Assembly: GCA_964016885.1 (NCBI GenBank)
Contig: OZ024741.1
Span: 12,028,001 to 12,092,000, forward strand
DNA: 64,000 nt
Reading direction: 5' to 3'
DNA from: Eledone cirrhosa
Taxonomy: Eukaryota
The notes below the pieces were generated by a model. That model searched no databases, was not told the origin of the DNA, and worked only from the letters and a program-made list of their open reading frames with translations. Numbering within the stretch: position 1 is the first letter of the stretch; each line of letters starts with the position of its first letter. Below are positions 1 through 14,469 of the stretch, piece by piece. Both the position numbers and the translations under genes were made by a program.

Positions 1-2065
1 TAGTGTAGCTAACATATAGTGTAGCTAATATATAGTGGAGTTAACATATAGTGTAGCTAACATATAGTGTAGTTAACATTTAGTGTAGCTAACATATAGT
101 GTAGCTAACATATAGTGTAGCTAAAATATAGTGTAGCTAAGATATAGTGTAGCTAACATATAGTGTAGGTAACATATAGTGTAGCTAATATATAGTGCAG
201 CTAATATATAGTGTAGCTAACATATAGTGTAGCTAAGATATAGTGTAGCTAATATATGCAGTAGTTAACATTTAGTGTAGCTAATATATAGTGTAGTTAA
301 CATATAATGTAGCTAACATATAGTGTAGCTAACATATAGTGTAGCTAATATATAGTGTAGCTAACATATATTGTAGCTAATATATAGTGCAGCTAACTTA
401 TAGTGTAGATAATATATAGTGTAGCTAACATATAGTGTAGCTAACATATGGTGTAGCTAAAATATAGTGTAGCTAATATATAGTGTAGCTAACATATAGT
501 GTAGCTAATATATAGTGTAGCTAATATATAGTGTAGCTAATATATAGTGTAGCTAATGTATAGTGTAGCTAACATATAGTGTAGCTAATATATAGTGTAG
601 CTAACATAAAGTGTAGCTAACATATAGTGGAGCTAACATATAGTGTTGCTAATATATAGTGTAGCTAACATATAGTGTAGCTAACATATGGTGTAGCTAA
701 CATATCGTGTAGCTAACATATAGTGTAGCTAACATATAGTGTAGCTAACATATAGTGGAGCTAGCATATAGTGTAGCTAACATATAGTGTAGCTAATATA
801 TAGTGTAGCTAATATATAGTGTAGCTAATATATAGTGTAGCTAACATATAGTGGAGCTAATATATAGTGTAGCTAACATATAGAGTAGCTAACATATAGT
901 TTAGCTAACATATAGTGTAGCTAACATATAGTGTAGCTAACATATAGTGTAGCTAACATATAGTGTAGCTAATATATAGTGTAGCTAATATATAGTGTAG
1001 CTAACATATAGTGTAGCTAACACAGAGTGGAGATAATATATAGTGGAGCTAATATATAGTGTAATTAATATATAGTCTAGCTAACATATAGTGTAGTTAA
1101 CATATAGTGGACCTAATATATAGTGGAGCTAACATATAGTGTAATTAATATATAGTGTAGTTAATATATAGTGTAATTAATATATAGTCTAGCTAACATA
1201 TAGTGTGGCTAACATATAGTGGACCTAATATATAGTGGAGCTAACATATAGTGGAGCTAATATATAGTGTAATTAATATATAGTCTAGCTAACATATAGT
1301 GTAGCTAATATATAGTGGACCTAATATATAGTGGAGCTAACATATAGTGGAGCTAATATATAATGGACCTAATATATAGTATAGCTAACATATAGTGTAG
1401 CTAACATATAATGGAGCTAACATATAGTGTAGCTAATATATAGTGGACCTAATATATAGTGTAGCTAATATATAGTGGAGCTAACATATAGTGTAGCTAA
1501 CATATAGTGGAGCTAATACGTATAGTGGAGCTAACATATAGTGGAGCTAACATATAGTCTAGCTAATATATAGTGTAGCTAACATATAGTGTAGCTAACA
1601 CAGAGTGGAGATAATATATAGTGAAGCTAATATATAGTGTAGCTAACATATAGTGTAGCTGATATATAATGTAGCTAATATATAGTGTAGCTAACATGTA
1701 GTGTAGCTAACACAGAGTGGAGATAATATATAGTGAAGCTAATATATAGTGTAGCTAACATATAGTGTAGCTGATATATAGTGTAGCTAACATATAGTGT
1801 AGCTAACATATAGTGTAGCTAATATATATTGTAGCTAAGATATAGTGGAGCTAACATATAGTGTAGCTAACATATAGTGTAGCTAACATATAGTGGAGCT
1901 AACATATAGTGTAGCTGATATATAGTGTAGCTAACATATAGTGGAGCTAACATATAGTGTAGCAAACTTATAGTGGAGCTAACATATAATATAGGTAACA
2001 TATAGTGTAGGTAACATATAGTGGAGCTATCATATAGTGGAGCTAATATATAGTGTAGCAAACAT
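1..2065. repeat. 16-bp satellite, block 1 (unit TAGTGTAGCTAAYATA)
   Basis: Period 16 directly visible (unit starts at 1, 17, ... 81); common variants TGGAG/TGTAG and AACAT/AATAT. Runs off the left edge. Confidence 0.97.
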
Positions 2066-3018
2066 AATAATAATAATAATAATGAAATTATTGTGTAAAG
2101 TGCTCAGGTGCACTACAGCTCGTCAAAGGTGCATGTATAGTACATAGAATAATACACACATGTCAGGGAAGTGAATAGTGTATGAGTGATGATATTCATG
2201 TGTGTATGTGTATGGAAGGGGAACATTAGGTGTAGTGTTGGCGAATCTCAGGAAGCATGGAGGTTTTAAAGGATGTAATGTCTCGACAGCTAACAACCGA
2301 TGCAGGTAGTTTGTTCCATGATTCAGCAACTATGAGCGTGAAAAAAATGTTTCCGAAAGTCATGGGAAATGTACTGTTTTCTGACTTTGTGGGCATGCCC
2401 ACGTGTGTTAGACACATGGAATTCAAAAAGGTACTAAGGGTTGTTGTTGGCAAGATGGTTAACAATTTTGTGGGTGTTTACCAAGTCAGTTGCCAGGCAT
2501 CGGAGCTTCAATGTATCCATGCCCAGGGAAGCAAGGCGATCAGAGTATGGTAGATGCCTGATGGGGGGTATTCTCTTGGTTGCACGTCTCTGAACAGTTT
2601 CCAAGCGGTCAATGTTCTGAGCAAGATAGGGGTTCCAGATTGGTGATGCAAATTCACCCTTAAATAGATAGCTAGGGAGCGGCTGACAAAGGTCTTGCTG
2701 AGTGATGCTAAGACACCATCGGCCCTCTTTACAATTTTACAGACGTGCTTCGTCCAACGCAAATCGCTGCTGACCGTAATGCCCAGGTCACGTTCACAAG
2801 AAAACTTCTTGATATTAGTGTTGTGGAGGGAGTATGTGGACGCTGGGTTGTTACTCCCAAAATGCATGGTGGTGCACTTGTCCACAGCTAGCTTGAGTTG
2901 CCAGTCTGAGATACATTGTTGCATTGTGTCCAGGTAAGACTGCAAGCTAGTTCTATAGTGTTCAGGATCTGTCCTTTTTATCTCAAGGTACAGCTTGATG
3001 TCATCCGCGTACTTTAGT
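2066..3018 (-). mobile_element. CR1-clade LINE, 5'-truncated 3' fragment with (TTA)n tail
   Basis: Minus strand reads LKYADDIKLY (~3015-2985), W..KLAVDKC..MHFG, ERDLGITVSSDLRW, ETVQRRATKRIP and the C-terminal ESWNKLP; (TAA)n on + at 2065-2083; frameshifted. Confidence 0.9.
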
Positions 3019-6000
3019 ATAGTGTAGCTAACATATAGTGGAGCTGATACATAGTGGAGCTAACATAGAGTGTAGCTAACATATAGTATAGCTAATATAT
3101 ATAGTGTAGCTAACATATAGTGGAGCTAACATAGAGTGTAGCTAAAATATAGTGGAGCTAATATATATAGTGTAGCTAATATATAGTGGAGCTAATATAT
3201 AGTGGAGCATATATATATAGTGGAGCTAACATATAGTGGAGCATATATATAGTGTAGCTAACATAGAGTGGAGCTAATATATAGTGGTGCTAATATATAG
3301 TGGGGCTAACATATAGTGTAGCTAATATATAGTGGAGCTAACATATAGTGGAGCTGATACATAGTGGAGCTAACATAGAGTGTAGCTAACATATAGTGGA
3401 GTTAATATATAGTGTAGCTAACATATAGTGTAGCTAATATATAGTGTAGCTAACATATAGTGTAGCTAACATATAGTGTAGCTAACATATTGTGTAGCTA
3501 ACATATAGTGTAGCTAACAGATAGTGGAGCTAACATATAGTGTAGCTAACATATAGTGTAGCTAATATATAGTGTAGCTAACATTAGTGTAGCTAACATA
3601 TAGTGTAGCTAATATATAGTGTAGCTAACATATAGTGTACCTAACATATAGTGTAGCTAATATATATTGTAGCTAACATATAGTGTAGCTAATATATAGT
3701 GTTGCTAACATATAGTGTAGCTAACATATAATGTAGCTAATATATAGTGTAGCTAACATATAGTGTAGTTAATATATAGTGTAGCTAACATATAGTGTAG
3801 CTAATATATAGTGTAGCTAACATATAGTGTACCTAACATATAGTGTAGCTAATATATATTGTAGCTAACATATAGTGTAGCTAATATATAGTGTTGCTAA
3901 CATATAGTGTAGCTAACATATAATGTAGCTAATATATAGTGTAGCTAACATATAGTGTAGTTAATATATAGTGTAGCTAACATATAGTGTAGCTAACATA
4001 TAGTGTAGTTAATATATAGTGTAGCTAACATATAGTGTAGTTAATATATAGTGTAGCTAACATATAGTGTAGCTAACATATAGTGTAGTTAATATATAGT
4101 GTAGCTAACAAATAATATAGCTAACATATGGTGTAGCTAATATATAGTGTAGTTAACATATAGTAGAGCTAGAATATCTTGTAGCTAACATATAGTGTAG
4201 CTAATATATAGTATAGCGAATATATAGTTTGGCTAATATATAGTGGAGCTAACATATAGTGTAGCTAATATATAGTGTAGTTAATATATAGTGTAACTAA
4301 CATATAGTGTAGCTAACATATAATGTAGCTATTATATAGTGTAGCTAACATAGTGTAACTAACATATGGTGTAGCTAATATATAGTGTAGCTAACATATA
4401 ATGTAGCTAATATATAGTGTAGCTAACAAATAGTGTAGCTAACATATAGTGTAGCTAATATATGGTGGAGCTAATATATAGCGGAGCTAAGATATAGTGT
4501 AGCTAACATATAGTGTAGCTAACATATAGCGGAGCTAACATATAGTGGAGCTAACATATAGTGTAGAAGATATATAGTGTAGCTAACATATAGTGTAGCT
4601 AACATATAGTGTAGCTAATATATAGTGTAGCTAATATATAGTGTAGCTAATATAGAGTGTAGCTAATATATAGTGTAGCTAATATATAGTGTAGCTAATA
4701 TATAGTGGAGCTAACATATAGTGTAGCTAATATATAGTGTAACTAACATATAGTGTAGCTAACATATAGTGTAGCTAACATATAGTGGCGCCAACATATA
4801 GTGTAGCTATAATATAGTGTAGCTAACAAATAGTGTAGCTAACATATAGTGTAGCTAACATATAGTGTAGCTAATATATAGTGGAGCTAATATATAGTGT
4901 AGGTAACATATAGTGTAGCTAACAAATGGTGTAGCTAATATATAGTGTAGCCAACATATAGTGTAGCTAACATATAGTGTAGCAAACTTATAGTGGAGCT
5001 AACATATAGTATAGGTAACATAAAGTGTAGCTAATATATAGTGTAGCTAACATATAGTGTAGGTAACATATAGTGTAGCTAAAAAATGGTGTGGCTAATA
5101 TATAGAGGAGCATACATATAGTGTAGCTACTATATAGTGGAGCTAACTTATAGTGTAGATAATATATAGTGTAGCTAATATATATTATAGCTAACATATA
5201 GTGTAGTTAATATATAGTGTAGTTAATATATAGTGTAGCTAACATATAGTGTAGCTAATATATAGTGTAGTTAATATATAGTGGAGTTAACATATATTGT
5301 ACCAAATATATAGTGTAGCTAACATATAGTGTAGATAATATATAGTGTAGTTAATATATAGTGTAGCTAACATATAGTGTAGCTAATATATAGTGTAGTT
5401 AATATATAGTGTAGTTAACATATATTGTAGCTAATATATAGTGGAGCTAACATATAGTGTAGATAATATATAGTGTAGATAATATATAGTGGAGCTAACA
5501 TATAGTGTAGCTAATATATAGTGTAGTTAATATATAGAGTAGCTCACATATAGTGTAGCTAATATATAGTGTAGCTAACATATAGTGTAGCTAACATATA
5601 GTGTAGCTAATATATAGTGTAGCTAATATATAGTGTAGTTAATATATAGTGTAGTTAATATATAGTGTAGATAACATATAGTGTAGCTAACATATAGTGT
5701 AGATAATATATAGTGTAGTTAATATATAGTGTAGCTAACATATAGTGTATCTAACATATAGTGTAGCTAATATATAGTGGAGCTAATATATAGTGGAGCT
5801 AATATATAGTGTAGTTAATATATAGTGGAGCTAACATATAGTGTAGCTAATATATAGTGTAGCTAATATATAGTGGAGCTAATATATAGTGTAGCTAACA
5901 TATAGTGTAGTTAATATATAGTGTAGTTAATATATAGTGGAGCTAACATATAGTGTAGCTAATATATAGTGTAGCTAATAAATAGTGTAGCGAATATATA

Positions 6001-6048
6001 GTGTAGGTAACATATAGTGTAGCTAATATATAGTGGAGCTAATATATA
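3019..6048. repeat. 16-bp satellite, block 2
   Basis: Same unit as 1-2065. Confidence 0.97.
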
Positions 6049-6312
6049 TGTTTCTTTTATTTGCCACCAGGGCATCAAAAGTGGGACATTTACAATGGGG
6101 GGGGAGTTTACAAAACAAGGCGTCCTCAATAAGGAGGAGGCAATAACAAAATATAAAAATAAAATAAAATATAACAGAATAAAATTTATAACAAAATCCT
6201 CAATAGAGAGGAGGCGCCTTGAGGGGTCGCACACACCCCCGAAAAAAAGTGTGCAGCCCTTTTCCTCAGGAGCACAGAGAAGGGGTGCTCCCTTGGTCTT
6301 TCATCTCCTCAC

Positions 6313-8746
6313 CTATAGTCTGATGTAGAGTGAAGGCCCATTCACACGGGCCATTCTCGCCACTTTCACCAATCTTTCATAAAAACGGTTAGGGTGCAGC
6401 ATCTCTCTCTCCATCCTGATCCTTCTTCCGAAATATTATCGGAAGAAACGGACCAGTTGTTGGCCAGATAGAAAGGTGTTTGACCTCAGTCCTTTCAGAC
6501 GCGTCCACCATATAACCTCTTTCGCCATGGCTATTACGCATGGATCTACCCCTCCACGTGCTGAGTTGCAGACCGATCGACTTGTCCCGGTTCAGGTTAG
6601 CCCCTGTAAACCTTTCGTACTCCTCCAGTAAGGTGCCGATCGCCCCAATTTCCGGGGCCGTCGACACCATTACTGTTATGTCATCGGCTTAGGCTGACAC
6701 CGCTTTCCGCAATCCCGGTTCCAACGGGATGCCCTGCAACAACTCCAACTTCCGCAGCAGTGGCTCTAGAGTCATTACATACAGAAGGGAGGAGAGAGGG
6801 CACCCCTGTCGGATGGACCGCGCGATTTCGAACGGCTCCGAGAGGTAGCCGTTCACCTTGACCCTAGAGCAAATGCGGCTGCTGTGCATGGCATTGATCC
6901 AGCCCCTGAAAACGGGTCCGAAGCCTGCCGCCGCTAGCACCGCATCCAGGTAACCATGGTCGACCCTATCGAATGCCTTAGATTGATCCAAGTTGATCAG
7001 GGCCCCACCAAAGCCGGGTTCGTTCCCAACCCTCTCTATGATGTATCGCATGAGGTGGAGGTTGTCATGGATGGACCTGGACGGGATAGCACATGTCTGC
7101 GCATCCCCACCAGGTTGCCCACGACAAGCGCCAACCTCTTTGCTAGCACCTTGGCCAAAATCTGTAACTCTGTATTTAGCAGAGTTATGGGCCTGAAATT
7201 ATTTATATCGTCCACCTTGTTCTCGTCCTTCCCCACTAGCGTGAATACGCCCTTGGTCACAGCACAGGGAATTCTCCCGTTCTGTTGCCAGTTGCAGTAG
7301 ACTGCCTCGAGGAGATCGGGGAACAAGTCCGGCATAGCTAGATATAGTTCGTATGGAAGACCATCGAGACCCGGGGATTTGCGTTTGCCGCATTGGCTCA
7401 GCACGTCCTCTATCTCAGCGGCTGAAATCGGCTCCTCGCAGGACTTGGCCTCCCTGTCCGAGAGACGCGGCAGGCTGTCGAGGTATGGACCGAAGTCCAC
7501 TTCCCCAACCGGCCCCCGCCCCTTCCGAACAATTCGGCAAAGTGCTTTTGAAAAGCCTCGCATATCTGCTTAGGTTCAAGGATCACCCGTCCATCCTGGT
7601 CTCGCAAAGACCGGATAGTGGATCTGCTCCCTCTTTTGGCTTCTGTCACGCGGGCCCAGCTAACAGCTTTGGTCCCCTCGTTTTCCAGAGCACGTATTTT
7701 GCTTCGGACGATGCAGCCTTCGTGTTTCGCGTCGAATAACTGGCCCAGGGCCGTTCTTGACGCTAGCACTCTGGCCACGTCGCCGCTTCTAATTGCCTCT
7801 TCTACACTATCCACCAACCAACTCCCTTTCCTTCCTATTTCTATTTGAGGCTAACTCCTTACTAAATTCTATAGAGACTACTCTAATCTCTCTTTTGAGA
7901 GATCCCCACCACCTGCTGTTGACGATGGCGCCCGTCAACCGCTCCTTAACTAAAGTGCTAATCCGGTCCCTGTAAGCCTTACTTGCCGGTAAGGTCAAGT
8001 TGAGCTTCCAGTAACCGGGTCCCAGTCTTTGAGTTATGTCAAGGTTGACCATGCAGGTCACTAACTTTTGGTCTGAATAGCCAACCATGCGTATTTTTGG
8101 ACAACTTAAAAAGTCCTTATCCTTAATTCTAACTAAGAACCTATCTAGGTACGACCTAGATGATCCGCTACGATTTGTCCAAGTCCAGGTTGGCGCAGTC
8201 GGAAAATCTAGTCGATATCTATCGGCCAGGTCAAATCGACCGATTAACCCTTTGAGGCTATTACACCCCTCTCTATCGGGACAGGCCCCTACGTAGTCCC
8301 AGCGTGCATCTAGGATACCATTCCAGTCCCCACTAATAGCAAGAGCGGGACGTCCCTAGAAAAGTCTCCAGACGATGGAAGAAGTCCGGCCGCATTAACC
8401 CGAAAGGGCCGTAGGCGGCTACCAACCTAAACGCTCCGCCTTTACCACTGCCAAGGTCCAGAACCACTAGTCGACCCTCCGGGTCTAAATGTACCATCTG
8501 TGTTGCGAGACCCAGATGTTTTTGCAGCAGAACGACAACCCCACCCGCACCTCCGGGCTGACAGAGAGATGCGTGCATCTCAAAGTCATCAAAGGTGGGG
8601 GCCAACTGTCGCACGTTGCTGATCCGGGCCTCGCAAATAACCATTACATCTATACGTTGTGACCTGAGGTCATTTAGAAGCATTGCTTGCTTCCAAGTTG
8701 AGCCCAGGCCAATCGCATTTAAACAGCCTACTCTTAGCATAGCCAT
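6313..8746 (-). pseudogene. Disrupted ORF2 (APE endonuclease + reverse transcriptase) of Tx1-like copy A
   Basis: CLNAIGL, ICEARI, YLDRFLV, KSPGLDGLPYE, NFRPITLLN, LDQSKAFDRVDH, IRQGCPLS motifs split over several frames; the Tyr codon of YADD is TAA (6689-6691); C-terminal part deleted relative to copy B. Confidence 0.88.
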
Positions 8747-10558
8747 GTTGGTGGTGAAGAGAAAAGGCACTTACCTCTCTGCGTCCCGGGTATCGGGCTG
8801 CACAATTTCCATTAGGGTGGGGGATGGTTTGTTGGGTGGGGTGGTGGTTTGTGGAAGTGTAGGGGCATCAGTGTGTTGTGTGGTTGGGGAGTTTGGAGTT
8901 GTGTGGGTGTTTGGGAAGGGGGCGGGTAGTTTTTTAGGAGGACGCGGTTAATGGGCCCGACGCAGGGGGACCCACGTCCTCTTTAAAGTTGTTTTTTAAA
9001 GTTTTATAGGTGTCCTGTGGGGCCTTAATCATTTTGAGGTGGGGGAAATCCCCTGCCTGGGTGAAGTTAGGCCCTTGGGTTTTTATTAGATTGTTGTTGT
9101 ACACAATGTTTAACAATTTTTTGTTTCTTGTGTTTATGTATGTGTATGCATGTTTTTGTTTTTGTGTGGTGTTTTTTGTTTGCTGTTGTTGTGAACTCTT
9201 TTGTGTTGGTGTGAGTGTTATGTTTTGGGGAGGGGTTGTTTTCATTCGTGTGTCTGAGGTGTGTTTTCTTTTTTTTTCTTTTGATTGTGTGGAAGTGCTC
9301 CGCCTCGTCTGACGACGAACTAGGGTCATCTTCCGCGTTGGAGGGGAGGGTTATATTTTCGGGTTGTGTTTGCGGTGCGGGTGTTTTGGAAATTGTTGTT
9401 TTTTTTTAGTGTGGGGGGTGGGACATTGTTTTGTTCTGGTTTGAGCTGTGGTTGTTGTTTTTGTAGTGGTAGTTGTGGTGATTGTGTTGGTTGTGCAGTT
9501 GTTGGTGGTGTAGGCGGGATTGGGGTTTTCTTATTAAGTTGGGGACAGACAGCCCTCAGGTGACCTCTGGTTCCTCAGAGGTAACACGAGGGCCGCCTAC
9601 CCTCAACGGTAATGTTGATGAAAGTTTGGTCATCCAGTATGACGCGTTCAGGGATCTGGGCGATCCTTTCGGGCCTCATTTGAACTACAAGTTCGAGGCT
9701 CGTTCCACTGAACGCGTCACCTGATGCCTTTCCCATGGACACCAGCGTGTCATCATCCAGGTCCAGGAAACCTGTCAAAACCCACCATATGTCCATAATC
9801 GGCAGGATGGTGTGGATTTTTATTTTTTGTGTTCTTCTACCCATGTACGTAGGGTAGAAGGTGTATGCGGTGGATGTGATTGGTTTGATGGACAGTTTCA
9901 CTGCTGTGTCCCTGTCCTTCATGAGAATGGATAGACTCCCGTAGAGTCTATCCTTCTGAATGAAGGTAATGTCCTTCATGACGTCTTTTAAAACCAGCTC
10001 TATCTCGCTCTGTGATGGTTGAGCTGGTTTTTTGCTTTTATTTGAGATTGTCCTAAACATGACAGTGTTTAGGAGTCTCTGGCTTTTTAGTTCCGGGGGG
10101 GGGGGGGGGATCGTGAATGAACCATTTTCCCCGTACACTATATATTTTTTGGCATCAGCCAGTAGCTCCTTCGCTTTGGTTATATCTACTGGCAGATAGT
10201 CGAGGGTTTTCCTTGACGTCTCGGCGAAGGAGAAATTTTTTTTTGTTTGTGTTGCTGTTGTAGTTGGTGGTGTTGTTGTTATCATTGTTGTTGTTATCAC
10301 AGTTATTGGTCTTGTTGTTGTTGTTATTGTTATTGGTGTTGTTTTCGTCCGTCGCATTGTTGTTGTTGTTGTTGCTGGTGCCGCTGGCTCTTTGGTTTGT
10401 TGCCATGGCAACGTCAAGTTGTCGGTCAACAGGTGGAGAAGATCCTTCCTCTGGCTGACCTTTCATTTTGACCTCTGCTACTGTGACAGAGGCAGGGGAA
10501 GCTGTAAGCTTATCTTCCCCTTTCCTCCTTCGAATTTTGGTGAAGCTGCTTCAGCCAT
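8730..10558 (-). pseudogene. Disrupted ORF1 (gag-like, CCHC knuckle) of Tx1-like copy A
   Basis: MAEAASP start at 10558, Thr/Asn-rich (AAC)n linker, knuckle CYL*GTRGHLRAVC with a stop at the second Cys; frameshifts. End coordinate approximate. Confidence 0.8.
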
Positions 10559-11029
10559 TTTTATCAAAATAGGATTTTTCGAAATTTTTCGAAAGATAAA
10601 ATTTTTACAACACTATTTCGCCTAAAGGCGTAGAATATTTTGAGAGACTGACCAGATCAAAATTTGACCTGGCAGTCTCTCTACCAAATGGTACAAAAAT
10701 TTCCAGATAAATTTAAACGAAACTTACCGAGCGAGCTCAGCACATGTGTCTATCCCAGATATAGATATGTTTCTTTTATTTGCCACCAGGGCATCAAAAG
10801 TGGGACAAGTACAATGGGGGAGTTTACAAAACAAGGCGCCCTCAATAGGGAGGAGGCAATAACAATATATAAAAATAAAATAAAATATAACAAAAAATAA
10901 AATTATAACAAAATCCTCAATAGAGAGGAGACGCCTTGGGGGGTCGCACACACCCCCGAAAAAAGTGTGCAACCCTTCTCCTCAGGAGCACAGAGAGGGG
11001 GTGCTCCCTCGTTCCTTCCTCTTTTCCAC

Positions 11030-14000
11030 CTACAGGCTTATGTAAAGAGAAGGCCCATTCACACGGGCCATTCTCGCCACTTTCACCCACCTTTCATAAA
11101 AACGACTGGGGTGGAGCACCTCTCTCTCTATCCTGATCCTTCTTCCGAAATGATATCGGAAGAAACGGACCAGTTGTTGGCCAGAGAGAAAGGTGCCTGA
11201 CCTCAGTCCTTTCAGACGCGTCCATCATACAACTTCTTTCACCATGGCTATTACGCACAGAAACACCGCCTCTCCTTCATCTTTGAAGGGGGGGGGGGCG
11301 GCTTGATCATTACAATAGACTCGGTGGTCAACCGGATCGGTCCCACACTTGACAGCAGTTGTTCGACATAGCCCCACAGATCGGCTACGCCCGAGCAGTG
11401 TACCAATGCGTGTGCAACGGTTTCCTCGTCGCACACGCATCTGGGACAGATCTTTTTGGCGAGGTCCCTACCCGGGCGCCCGTGTCTGTAGAGCTTTTCT
11501 CGAACGGGTAGAGCCCCTCGGTAGCACTGCCAGGCCAGGGACTTCTGGAAGTTGTCCATAGGTCCCGGGCTGAATGTCCTACCGAACAGGCTGGCCAGTT
11601 CGTCCTCCTCCGTGTCTAGGGCTTCTCCGAGGGCGTCGTCGCACCTGCTGCGTACCAGCCCTCTATAGAATGTTGCGGTGGAGTCTCCACTGATAACCGG
11701 ATCCGCCTGCTAGAGGGCGGTGAACGCCTGGGCACACTCAGTGTGCCAGGCGCCCAGTTTTCTCGGTCTTTGCTTGACCCAGGATTGCAGCTCGGTGAGT
11801 GAGACGCGTCTGGGAAAGGTTCGTCTCACAAACGAGGCCCACACCGGTTGACCGGTGAGGAATACGTAGAGGTGCCGTAGCCTTAATGCGTGTTTACGCG
11901 TCATTAGCCACAGCATCCCCAGCCCTCCTTTCGAAGGGTGTTGACAGCAGATGGATCTCCTCACCAAGGGAGCCCGCCTCTTCCAAAGGAATTGGAAGAG
12001 CGCGCGCTCCATCTTGGCGAGGGTTTCCCTTGGGCAGGGCACTACGGTCAGGCGGTAGTAGATGACGGACGCTATATAGGTGTTCGCCACCTCCGCCCGA
12101 CCTTTCAGGGATAGTTTGCAACTGGCCCACTTCTGGGTCAGTGCAAACACCCTGTTCGTAACCTCCGCCCAGTTCTTCTCCCCCTGGAGGCCCGGTCCAA
12201 ACCAGACCCCGAGCAACTTCACCGGGCCCTCCGTCCAGCGTCCGACGACGCCATCGGAGGGCATCGCTCTGCTCCTCCACGTGCCGAGTTGCAAACCGAT
12301 CGACTTGTCCCGGTTCAGCTTAGCCCCTGTGAACCTTTCGTACTCTTCCAGTAAGGTGCCGACCGCCCCGATTTCGGAGGCCGTCGACACCATTACTGTC
12401 ACGTCATCGGCGTAGGCCGACACCGCTTTCCGCAATCCCGGTTCCAAAGGGATGCCCTGCAACAACTCCAACTTCCGCAGTAGTGACTCGAGAGTCAACA
12501 CATACAGAAGGGAGGAGAGAGGGCACCCTTGTCGGATGGACCGCGCGATTTCGAACGGCTCCGAGAGGTAGCCGTTCACCTTGACCCTAGAGCAAATGCG
12601 GCTGCTGTGCATAGCAGTGATCCAGCCCCTGAAAACGGGTCCGAAGCCTGCCGCCGCTAGCACCGCATCCATGTAACCATGGTCGACCCTATCGAACGCC
12701 TTAGATTGATCCAAGTTGATCAGAGCCCCACCAAAGCCTGGTTCGTTCCCAACCCTCTCTATGATGTATCGCATGAGGTGGAGGTTGTCATGGATGGACC
12801 TGGACGGGATAGCACATGTCTGCGCATCTCCCACCAGGTTGCCCACGACAAGCGCCAACCTCTTTGCTAGCACCTTGGCCAACATCTGTAACTCTGTATT
12901 TAGTAGAGTTATGGGCCTGAAGTTACTTATTTCGTCCCCCTTGTTCTCGTCCTTCCTCACTAGCGTGACTACGCCCTTGGTCACAGTACAGGGAATTCTC
13001 CCGTTCTGTTGCCAGTTGCAGTAGACCGCCTCGAGGAGATCGGGGAACAAGTCCGGCATAGCTAGATATAATTCGTATGGAAGACCATCGAGACCCGGGA
13101 ATTTGCGTTTGCCGCATTGTCTCAGCACGTCCTCTATCTCAGCGGCCGAAATCGGCTCCTCGCAGGACTTCGCCTCCCTGTCCGAGAGACGCGGCAGGCC
13201 GACGAGGTATGGACCGAAGTCCACATTCTCAACCGGCTCCCAGCCCCTCCCGAACAGTCGGGCAAAGTGCCTTTGAAAGGCCTCACACATCTGCTTAGGC
13301 TCAAGGATCGCCCGTCCATCCTGGTCTCGCAAAGACCGGATGGTGGATTTAGTTCCACTCTTGGCCTCTGTCACGCGGACCCAGCTAACAGCTTTGGTCC
13401 CCTCGTTCCCTAGAGCACGTATTTTACTTCGGACAACGCAGCCTTCGTGCTTCGCGTCGAAAAACTGGCTCAAAGCCGTTCTCGACGCTAGCACTCTGGC
13501 CACGTCGCCGCTTCTAATTGCCTCTTCTACTCTATCTATTAGCTCCCTTTCCTTCCTATTCCTATCCGCAGCTAGAACCTTACTAAATTCTATCGAGACT
13601 ACTCTAATCTCTCTCTTTAGAGATACCCACCACCTGCTGTTGACGATCGCTCCAGTCAACCGTTCCTTAACTAACGTACTAATCCGATCCCTGTAAGCTC
13701 TACTTGCCGGCAAGGACAAGTTGAGCTTCCAGTAACCGGGGCCCTGTCTATGCGTTCTATCAAGGTTGACCATGCAGGTCACCAACTTGTGGTCTGAATA
13801 GCCAACCATGAGCATTTCTGGACAACTTAAAAAGTCCCTGTCCTTATTTCTAACTAAAAATCTATCTAGGTACGACCTAGATCATCCGCTGCGATTTGAC
13901 CAAGACCAGGTTGGCACCGTCGGAAAATCTAGTCGAAATCTATCGGCCAGGTCAAATCGGCCGAGTAACCCCTTGAGGCTGTTGCACCCCTCTCTATCGG

Positions 14001-14469
14001 GACATGCCCCTGCATAATCCCAACGTGCATCCAGGATACCATTCCAGTCCCCCACTAAAAGCAGGGAACGGGACATCCCTAGAAAAGACTCCAGACGCTG
14101 GAAAAAGTCGGGCCGCTCTGTCCCAAAAGGGGCATACGCGGCTACCAGCCTAAAGGCTCCACCTTCACCACTGCCAAGGTCCAGCACCACCAGTCGACCC
14201 CCTGGGTCCAAGTGAACTATCTGTGTGGCAAGACCCAGATGTTTTTGCAGCAGAACGACAACCCCACCCCCACCTCCGGGCTGACAGAGAGATGCGTGCA
14301 TCTCAAAGTCGTCAAAGGTGGGGGCTAGCTGTCGCATGCTGCTGATCCGGGCCTCGCAGATAACCATCACATTTATAGATCGTGACCTGAGGTCATTTAG
14401 AAGCATTGCTTGCTTCCAAGATGAGCCCAGGACACGCGCATTTAGACACCCTCTTCTTAGCACAGCCAT
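11030..14469 (-). pseudogene. ORF2 (APE-RT-CCHC) of Tx1-like copy B, with a few stops and a frameshift
   Basis: ORF-track pieces 13882-14493, 11710-13815 (701 aa) and 11251-11559 are colinear; stops at 13882, 11710 and 11225; frameshift at the G-run near 11290. Confidence 0.9.

Larger units (their letters stand above)
6049..10756 (-). mobile_element. Tx1/L1-clade non-LTR retrotransposon, copy A (5' end apparently intact, decayed, ~1 kb internal deletion)
   Basis: Zinc-knuckle ORF1 plus APE-RT ORF2 fragments; the 3' end AATAAAAGAAAC is the same as in copy B; 5' UTR shared with copy B and extends ~35 nt further. Confidence 0.9.

Noticed and set aside
2045-3035. Target-site duplication around the CR1 fragment
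   Set aside because: Both flanks are satellite units, so a TSD cannot be distinguished from array periodicity.
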